Virus record (IMG/VR): IMGVR_UViG_3300032334_002567
Location: 186,001 to 250,000 of that record
Reading direction: 5' to 3' (one strand)
Length of the DNA stretch: 64,000 nt
The notes beneath the pieces were generated by a model that was given only the letters and a program-made list of their open reading frames with translations, was not told the origin of the DNA and did not search any database. Shown here piece by piece: positions 57,413-64,000 of this stretch (positions within the stretch are counted from its first letter, which is position 1; each line of letters begins with the position of its first letter). Position numbers and translations under genes: made by a program.

Positions 57413-58481
57413 AAGGCTCGTTTTGTAGCCATGTAGAAAAAGGCCCAGAAGGCTTATAGGTTTTAAGTACCTCTTCAAAGTTACGACTATAAGCCGCTGC
57501 ATTTGTGGGATGAGAGATACCCCTCATAGTAGCCATTCCTGATGGAAGAGGTATCGAAACTCCTGTTGCTTTTATATTTTCTATTGCATGTAATACTTCA
57601 TCTATTTGGCTCTTGGTAGGAGCCGCAGTGAGCTTAAATTTAGGAAACTCACCTTTAATTGAGGTATTTCTTATTATATCATTATGGTGTACATCTATCA
57701 TGTTCAGTTTTTTATCTTTTAAAACAAACATCTTAACAAAATTGGTAAAAGACAGTGGCGGTCCAACTGCAACTATAAAACCTACAACTTGTTTCATACT
57801 ATTTGACGCATGATCTACGCCATTAAAAGCAACAATTCTATTTACCATTTTATTTAAAAATGCCGTTGCTGCTCTATCGACCATTTTTTCTTTTCTTGCA
57901 TCATTTATTCCTTTATCTGCTTCTTTATTGTTGTCTGCTATTTGCCCCAAAACATTTTTCTTATCTGGACCACTCAACCCAGACATAAGTTGTCTAATGT
58001 ACGGTTTCTTTAAGTACAGCTGTGAATTCACCCTGAGATAACCAGCAGGTTTTAGATAATCTTTGTAAAATTTTCTATACATTAGAGCCATCTTAGACTC
58101 GGCCGGGGTGAAGACAAATCCTTGTACATTTTTTTCGACATCTACCATTTTTACTACCGATGCCAGCACATGGTCATAAACGCTTTTTGCAACGCCGGGA
58201 TTATTTTTATTTGCTGTAAGGAATCCAGTTGGACCATGAAAACTTATGTCATAAACTTTTTCTAAGATTTTTCCAATGAATTTTTTATTTTGTAAAGATT
58301 TTATGTCTACGGTGTAATCGTCTTCGCCTATCTTAAACTTGCTAACATAGTTTGCTTGACCTCTGTTGTCAAAAAAACTCGTCAAATTAACTTTATCCAA
58401 TGGTAGAATGCTTGTATCTCTTGCAACTTCCAGATAGTCACAAAGAATCTCTTCAAACTCGAACCAATTTCTAAATTCCAT
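57387..58481 (-). CDS. Paralog-family protein with leader MEFRNWFEFEE
   Basis: FHGPTGF...VYDHVLASV...GFVF...ESKMALMY.KFYKDYLKP. Confidence 0.75.
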   Translation of the reverse strand: MEFRNWFEFEEILCDYLEVARDTSILPLDKVNLTSFFDNRGQANYVSKFKIGEDDYTVDIKSLQNKKFIGKILEKVYDISFHGPTGFLTANKNNPGVAKSVYDHVLASVVKMVDVEKNVQGFVFTPAESKMALMYRKFYKDYLKPAGYLRVNSQLYLKKPYIRQLMSGLSGPDKKNVLGQIADNNKEADKGINDARKEKMVDRAATAFLNKMVNRIVAFNGVDHASNSMKQVVGFIVAVGPPLSFTNFVKMFVLKDKKLNMIDVHHNDIIRNTSIKGEFPKFKLTAAPTKSQIDEVLHAIENIKATGVSIPLPSGMATMRGISHPTNAAAYSRNFEEVLKTYKPSGPFSTWLQNEPSKSLEVVA

Positions 58482-58551
58482 GCTTTTCCTAATATTTTCT
58501 ATTATTTTGTAATATTTTATATACACTTTCTCTTATACATTTAGGTGTAAT

Positions 58552-59868
58552 ATGGAACATATATTTCAAAAAGAACAATTTGGCGAAGATTGGTTCACCT
58601 CTCCTGATCTTTATTCCCGTATGGTTAAAAAAGCAATAAATGGGAGCATATTTGTTGAGGTGGGTTCTTGGAAAGGCAAATCTTCTTCCTATATGGCCAC
58701 AGAAATAATTAACTCAAATAAGGACATACAGTTCTTTTGTGTTGATACTTGGGAAGGCAGTATAGAACATGAAGGAATGGAATTAGATAATCTTTATGAA
58801 ACTTTTTTAAATAACATGAAACCTTTAGAGTCTTATTATTTTCCTTTAAAAGTCACATCAATAGAAGCAAGTAAAAAGTTTAAGGACAATTCCTTAGATT
58901 TTGTATTTTTAGATGCTTCTCACGAATATGAAGATGTTAAAGCGGATATCTTGGCGTGGCTACCCAAAGTAAAACCGGGCGGAGTTCTCGCTGGTCATGA
59001 TTATTACCAAGAAACTGATTACTTTCCGGGTGTAAGTAAAGCAGTAGATGAAGTTTTAAACAACTTTGAAATTGTTGATAATTGTTTTGTGTTTTACAAA
59101 GACAAGCTAAGAAACTTCCCATCAGTTAATTTTATAAGCATAGAAGAAAGCCAACACAGAAGAGATTTATTAAAAAAGAAGTTCAATTCTTATGGTATCA
59201 AAAATACAACAGGATATGTTTTTGAAAGATATAAAGAAGGTGATTGCAACCTATTTGGAGAAATGATTATTGATCTAAAAACAGAAAGTAAAGGACCGGT
59301 AACATCTCACTTAAAAGCAATCAAAGATTGGTATAATAATACGAACGAACCTTATGCATTTTTCTGTGAAGATGATTTAAGCCTAGAAACAGTTAAATAT
59401 TGGAACTTTACTTGGGAAGAATTCTTTGCTCGACTCCCCAAAGATTGGGGTTGTGTTCAACTTGCTTGGATACGTGATGAGTTTTTCAAGTTCGGATACA
59501 AACTAAGAAACAGATGCTGGTGTGATTGGTCTGGGTGTGCCTACCTATTAAGCAGAGAACACGCTAAGAAGCTAATAGAATCATACCACTATGACGATAA
59601 CTTTTACCTAGACTTCAAAGGATCAGACACAGATGCAAGAGAAGATTGGGCTAAAGTACCAGTTATAGAAACAGTAATCTTTTCCCCAGTTACAAAGGTG
59701 TACTCTTTTCCAATGTTCGTTGAAGACGTAATTCTTTGTAACTCTACTTACCAAGAAGGCCAAGGAGATATGCACTTTGGCTCACATCACAACACAATAG
59801 AATTTTGGAAGAATATAGGTAAATATGCTTCTTTAAATGAACTTGTTGATCATTCTATTTTGCACTAG
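58552..59868 (+). CDS. SAM methyltransferase (Methyltransf_24-like) fused to a GT25-like domain
   Basis: VEVGSWKGKS, FVFLDASH, GGVLAGHDY; then SHLKAI, FCEDD. Confidence 0.82.
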   Translation: MEHIFQKEQFGEDWFTSPDLYSRMVKKAINGSIFVEVGSWKGKSSSYMATEIINSNKDIQFFCVDTWEGSIEHEGMELDNLYETFLNNMKPLESYYFPLKVTSIEASKKFKDNSLDFVFLDASHEYEDVKADILAWLPKVKPGGVLAGHDYYQETDYFPGVSKAVDEVLNNFEIVDNCFVFYKDKLRNFPSVNFISIEESQHRRDLLKKKFNSYGIKNTTGYVFERYKEGDCNLFGEMIIDLKTESKGPVTSHLKAIKDWYNNTNEPYAFFCEDDLSLETVKYWNFTWEEFFARLPKDWGCVQLAWIRDEFFKFGYKLRNRCWCDWSGCAYLLSREHAKKLIESYHYDDNFYLDFKGSDTDAREDWAKVPVIETVIFSPVTKVYSFPMFVEDVILCNSTYQEGQGDMHFGSHHNTIEFWKNIGKYASLNELVDHSILH

Positions 59869-60037
59869 CAGCTATCGTTTCTTTCAACTTTTGATTCTCA
59901 GTCTTTAAGAACTTAATCTGATTTTCCATGTCGGTAATCGCACGAATAATCCTATAAACCTGATTGCTCTTTTCTTGCTCATAGGTATTGGTAGCAAGAC
60001 GCTTTAATTCATTCATATCATCTAAAGAAATAGGCAT
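59855..60037 (-). CDS. Small coiled-coil protein
   Basis: AGGAGG RBS. Confidence 0.6.
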   Translation of the reverse strand: MPISLDDMNELKRLATNTYEQEKSNQVYRIIRAITDMENQIKFLKTENQKLKETIAASAK

Positions 60038-60056
60038 AAATCCTCCTGTATTACCA

Positions 60057-61115
60057 TTAAGATAGTACAGCTGGAACAGAACTGGGAAAAGATAATTTGT
60101 ATCTATCGAGAATTTTTTGTAAAAAAATAGCTGTTTGGTTAGGACTTCCTTCCCAAGAATCTATGGACTTCTTGATAGAAGCCAAAATAGGTTCTATTTC
60201 GCTCTTTGTTGCAGGAGGCAATAGTTCGAAACGGCCATTGTCTGCAGACTGGAAAAAATCCTTATAAGGAATGGAATAATCCCATCCAGTACCATTCTGT
60301 ACTATTATTACTTTAGCTAATCCATCTGAAGTATGAAGTTCTTTTAAAATTCCAATTGATCGTGGTCGGTTTGCCCAACCATCAGTTCCATGAGAAGCAA
60401 AAGGAACTATGTGACCTATCATGCGTTTCAAAGTAGGTTCTGCTTGTCTGTTCAAAGCTTTTAAATTTCTTATTTTTTTAAGCCCTTCTTTTTCTGATCT
60501 TAAATTATCTCTTATTTGTTTCGCTACTTTAGGCTTTTCTTCTGCTTTTAAAAGTTCACGGAGATAATTTTTTCTAACAATGAACCCTCCCGAACCTTTT
60601 ATGAATCCATTTGGTCTCAAGTACTCTTTATAGAACTTGTCATAAATTAAAGCCATTTTGCTTTCTTGAGGACGAAAAACAAAACCATTTACCTCTCTAC
60701 CTTCTTCTTTTTCTCTTTTCATCATCTTCCATATAGAAGCTAATAAGTGGTCATAAACTTGCCTAGCCGTTGCAGCATTATTTCCTCCAGTAGTCTGGAA
60801 ACCTTTAGGCCCATGAAACGCAACACTAAAAAGATTGTTAATATCAATCCAACGTTCCACAGAAACACCGTCAGTTTTTGTTACCGGCAATTGATCATTT
60901 GTTCTTTCCATTTCTACTTTATAAGGAACTCTGTCAACCTTAAAGGTCGAATAATAATTATCTGGTGGATCAATATTAGAGATATCGTCCTCATATTCAT
61001 CATCGTAATTATCGCTATCAGGAGCAAAGCCTATTCCAAGCTTAACGCTTCCTGTAGGCAATAGGTTTGGGTCTCTAGCCTCTATTGTTATCAACCACTC
61101 TTTAAAACTTATCAT
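60057..61115 (-). CDS. Paralog-family protein with leader MISFKEWL
   Basis: FHGPKGF...VYDHLLASI...GFVF...ESKMALIY.KFYKEYLRP; TATATA 4 nt before the ATG. Confidence 0.75.
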   Translation of the reverse strand: MISFKEWLITIEARDPNLLPTGSVKLGIGFAPDSDNYDDEYEDDISNIDPPDNYYSTFKVDRVPYKVEMERTNDQLPVTKTDGVSVERWIDINNLFSVAFHGPKGFQTTGGNNAATARQVYDHLLASIWKMMKREKEEGREVNGFVFRPQESKMALIYDKFYKEYLRPNGFIKGSGGFIVRKNYLRELLKAEEKPKVAKQIRDNLRSEKEGLKKIRNLKALNRQAEPTLKRMIGHIVPFASHGTDGWANRPRSIGILKELHTSDGLAKVIIVQNGTGWDYSIPYKDFFQSADNGRFELLPPATKSEIEPILASIKKSIDSWEGSPNQTAIFLQKILDRYKLSFPSSVPAVLS

Positions 61116-61245
61116 GTTTTATATATGAGCCTACTATATTAATTAGGTTCAGGTTTACCTGTCTTTGACAGATAAACATGGTAACTTCGAAAGAAGAAAT
61201 AATAGTTTTTAGCGTGGTTTTCTATTCAAAAAAATCACGCTTTAT

Positions 61246-61318
61246 GCGAGTGTAGCTCAGTTGGTAGAGCATTTGATTTCCAATCAAAATGTCGCCGGAT
61301 CGTACCCGGTCACTCGCT
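61246..61318 (+). tRNA. tRNA-Gly (UCC); no encoded CCA
   Basis: Cloverleaf GCGAGTG...CACTCGC-T; anticodon loop TTTCCAA; U73 discriminator; atypical T-loop ATCGTAC. Confidence 0.9.
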
Positions 61319-61589
61319 CTTTTCTTTAAATTTTGTCCAATAACCTTTACCGTTTACAAAATTTTATAAGAGAATTTTAATCTTTATTCGCTCTCATCTT
61401 TAAAAGGCTTAAATCCAACCCTTTTCATATTTTCGTATTCTTCTATATTCTTCCAGACTTCTCTTACTGGCTGGGACATTATTATTGCAATCAATAAGAA
61501 CAATAGTGCCAAAACACAAAATTGCATAGTTTATCTCCTGTGAAAAGTGACGTAAATTATCAAATACAATTGGAAAAATCAATCCTGAA

Positions 61590-62009
61590 CTATTTTTCTA
61601 ATTGAACGTCTTTAAGCGTTTTGTTTTTACGCAATCTTTCAATAAAGGAATTTATGTTTTTGAGAGCAAAAAGCTTAACTTCATAGGTGCTATTTTCATT
61701 CTGTTTCACAGAAATTATTTGGCCACCACCATCAGAAACAATATCTGCAATAGTTTTTGTATTAGCGTTATTGGCTTCTATTACAATTGTGACATTTTTA
61801 TTTGGCATAGAATTATAAGTCAAAAATCCAGCCCCTATCAATAAACAGGCGGCAGCTACATAAGAAAATCTTTTATACCAATATGGTTCTTCTAGTATAA
61901 TTTGTCCCATGTCCACAACAGGCCCATCACCAAAACTGTTATTTTCTTTAATAGATTCAAGATATTGAGGTAAATCTCTTAAGGGCATTGGATCTTTTTG
62001 TGGGTTCAT
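61590..62009 (-). CDS. Single-pass membrane protein
   Basis: One TM segment; exact T4 late-promoter sequence TATAAATA upstream on the minus strand. Confidence 0.65.
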   Translation of the reverse strand: MNPQKDPMPLRDLPQYLESIKENNSFGDGPVVDMGQIILEEPYWYKRFSYVAAACLLIGAGFLTYNSMPNKNVTIVIEANNANTKTIADIVSDGGGQIISVKQNENSTYEVKLFALKNINSFIERLRKNKTLKDVQLEK

Positions 62010-62113
62010 TTTATCCTTTAATTTGGTTATTTATATCTATCAGAGTAAATATCTTTTTAGATTGAAAAGCATAAATAAGAATGAATTATTTATAGATTTG
62101 GAGTTTTTAAACT

Positions 62114-62650
62114 ATGCAAAATAAACAAAATATTAATGAAATGTGGCCGTTTTCAACATCAGATCTTTATCATCCTGATGCTATGAAAAAGATTAATCTT
62201 AAAGACCTAGAACGTAGAATATACAAATCAATAAATAGCTATAAAGACATGCTTTTAGATGCGTCTAGGAAGCAAGGAGAAACGGACGATAATATCCATC
62301 ATGATGTGATTAGGAAGGATCAAGAACATAGAAGCATAGTAAAGTTTATTGCACAACTCTTTGCTCAGGTTTACGATTACGAGAAAGGTTCTACGAAACT
62401 AAAGCCAAGTTTTTTTAGCGACACAGTTTTTGAAAAAGTAGCTCGTTACGCAAAGAACAAGCTCGGATATCATGCAGATGAGATCGCAGACCACCTCAGA
62501 CAATTAAATCCAGCTTCTTTAGAGGATCTATACAACATTTGGCGTCCAGGTTCTTGGACTGGAATGAGGGAAAATATGAGCTTTTATAAAATGATGCAAA
62601 TCATGGAATCGAAATCTGCCCCTCAAGGTAAAAGCATTAGAAAAAAATAA
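62114..62650 (+). CDS. Hypothetical protein
   Basis: GGAG RBS; leader-like MSFYKMMQIME near the C-terminus. Confidence 0.65.
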   Translation: MQNKQNINEMWPFSTSDLYHPDAMKKINLKDLERRIYKSINSYKDMLLDASRKQGETDDNIHHDVIRKDQEHRSIVKFIAQLFAQVYDYEKGSTKLKPSFFSDTVFEKVARYAKNKLGYHADEIADHLRQLNPASLEDLYNIWRPGSWTGMRENMSFYKMMQIMESKSAPQGKSIRKK

Positions 62651-62742
62651 AGTTACTAATATATAAAAATATGTGTTTTTTGCTATTTTGGCAACAATCC
62701 ACGCTCTAAAGATCAAGCATCTATTAATGGTTAGTAATTTAT

Positions 62743-64000
62743 ATGGGAACATTTGCAAACAATAAAGACAATAAAACTACTATCAGAATGTCTGGTGGTA
62801 AGTTTTTTATAAAGTACAATAACTCTTTAACACTGGGCGGATATGGATCAACGATAAGCAACTTTAATCTGACCCCTGTTATTAACTACCAAAAATTAAA
62901 TTATTCATTAAGCGTTTCTGGTTCTTCTCTCACGTTAACCGATACACAAATAAACCAAATACAAGCACTTAATCCTGACGGATTGCTAATAGAAAGCAAC
63001 CAAAACAGTATAGATCTACAAACCGGACAATCAATCAGTTTTAGTCTATATTACCCAACATCTGCCACAAAATTAAGACAAGGTGGAAGTATAGTTTTAT
63101 CTATTCTATCATCATTGTACTACTCGATGGTGAAGAAAGATGTACAGGATATACCCTCAAAAATAAGCGCCAGTTTAGGAATAGATATTTCCCAATATGT
63201 AGGTAGTCAAAATGACACAACACCGTCAGGAACAGTTGCTGAGACTATTAGTAGACTTCAGGTTTTATCAACAGCTTCCCAATCTAATATTTCAAATTCT
63301 ACATTTACTCATGTTCTAGATAGTATCAGTGAAATAATAGGTTCAGGTGTTTCTGCCGCTACACCCACGCAGTTTTTTAGCAATAACGCATCAGATATTG
63401 TTACGAAGATTCAGAAAAAAGCATTGGGTCTAGCAGATAATCAAAGCGTTCCAAATCCAACGGCATTATCGAACTTGGCTCAGAACATAAATTCTATAGC
63501 TCAAAATCAAGTTGACCAAACCAACGCAGGCAATATTGTTTCTTCTATAGTCTATTCTTCTCAAGTATTACAAAGCATAGCAACTCCACTTACAAATTCT
63601 ATAACTTCACAACAGATAAATTCTGCGGCATCAAGTGTTATATCGAGTTTGACACCAACAGCCACACCAACACTAACTAATACACCGATACCAGCAACAA
63701 ATACACCTACGCCAACTAATACACCCATACCAGCAACAAGCACACCTACACCGACTAACACACCCATACCAGCAACAAGCACACCTACGCCAACTGCCGC
63801 AGTGTCGATTTCATATGCTAACAAGTTTGGTTACGGTAACGGCAGCGTTGATGCAGCGTACTCGGTTAGCGGCACTGGAACGATAACCGCTAGCCTGACA
63901 GGAGGTGGTGACAACTCTGACACTCGGCTCTGGCTTCTGATCGGAAGCTCTGGATCTCTCAGTTACACGGTGACAGCCAACAGCGAGGACGGTTACGACG
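62743..64000 (+). CDS. Ser/Thr-rich putative virion surface/fibre protein, 3'-truncated (missing from the ORF track)
   Basis: Frame open from ATG 62743 to the window end by manual translation; Pro/Thr linker then a beta-rich domain. Confidence 0.75.
   Translation, partial: MGTFANNKDNKTTIRMSGGKFFIKYNNSLTLGGYGSTISNFNLTPVINYQKLNYSLSVSGSSLTLTDTQINQIQALNPDGLLIESNQNSIDLQTGQSISFSLYYPTSATKLRQGGSIVLSILSSLYYSMVKKDVQDIPSKISASLGIDISQYVGSQNDTTPSGTVAETISRLQVLSTASQSNISNSTFTHVLDSISEIIGSGVSAATPTQFFSNNASDIVTKIQKKALGLADNQSVPNPTALSNLAQNINSIAQNQVDQTNAGNIVSSIVYSSQVLQSIATPLTNSITSQQINSAASSVISSLTPTATPTLTNTPIPATNTPTPTNTPIPATSTPTPTNTPIPATSTPTPTAAVSISYANKFGYGNGSVDAAYSVSGTGTITASLTGGGDNSDTRLWLLIGSSGSLSYTVTANSEDGYD
63679..63795 (+). 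repeat. Three 39-bp coding repeats (NTPIPAT[NS]TPTPT)
   Basis: Units at 63679, 63718 and 63757. Confidence 0.9.

Noticed and set aside
1-64000. Alternative genetic code (TAG or TGA recoding) as in some huge phages
   Set aside because: Known genes are full length in code 11, and TAA, TAG and TGA all occur as stops at gene junctions
1-64000. Bacterial chromosome or eukaryotic giant virus origin
   Set aside because: No housekeeping operons, very high ORFan density and T4-like features argue against a chromosome; SD sites, sigma factors, TilS and CsrA argue against a eukaryotic virus

Overview
AT-rich, gene-dense 64 kb segment in the standard genetic code, best read as part of a jumbo/huge tailed-phage genome. 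No capsid, terminase or polymerase gene falls in the window, so phage origin is inferred. Support comes from many short ORFans, a T4 Rnl1-like RNA ligase, HNH nucleases, CCA-less tRNAs and T4-type head-targeting leaders. Host-like genes (ClpX, CsrA, a sigma-70 with an FRKMNY motif, a HEAT-like secreted protein) suggest a Planctomycetota host (inference from recalled family resemblance). Two gene classes alternate. (i) Co-oriented putative early operons sit behind sigma-70-like promoters that repeatedly show a 16-bp spacer. (ii) Short divergent/convergent putative late units sit behind a palindromic TATATA/TAAATA element. About 17 genes, mostly class (ii), start with an M-K-x-F-x-[EQ]-[WFY]-L-x-E leader resembling the T4 capsid-targeting sequence. 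This tagged set includes a CCA-adding enzyme with an adjacent N4BP2-like kinase, a phospholipase A2, an ADP-ribosyltransferase-like protein, a tandem-KOW protein and a paralogous family. The leading candidate system is therefore a virion-packaged, co-injected enzyme kit. Also present: a minimal TilS with its tRNA-Ile2(CAU), tRNA-Gly(UCC), two sigma factors, an SNF2 helicase, a PRPP synthetase, several glycosyltransferases, a SET protein, a prodomain-less sedolisin and a small-gene array with shared 3' ends. All calls are from reading motifs by eye; no searches were run.
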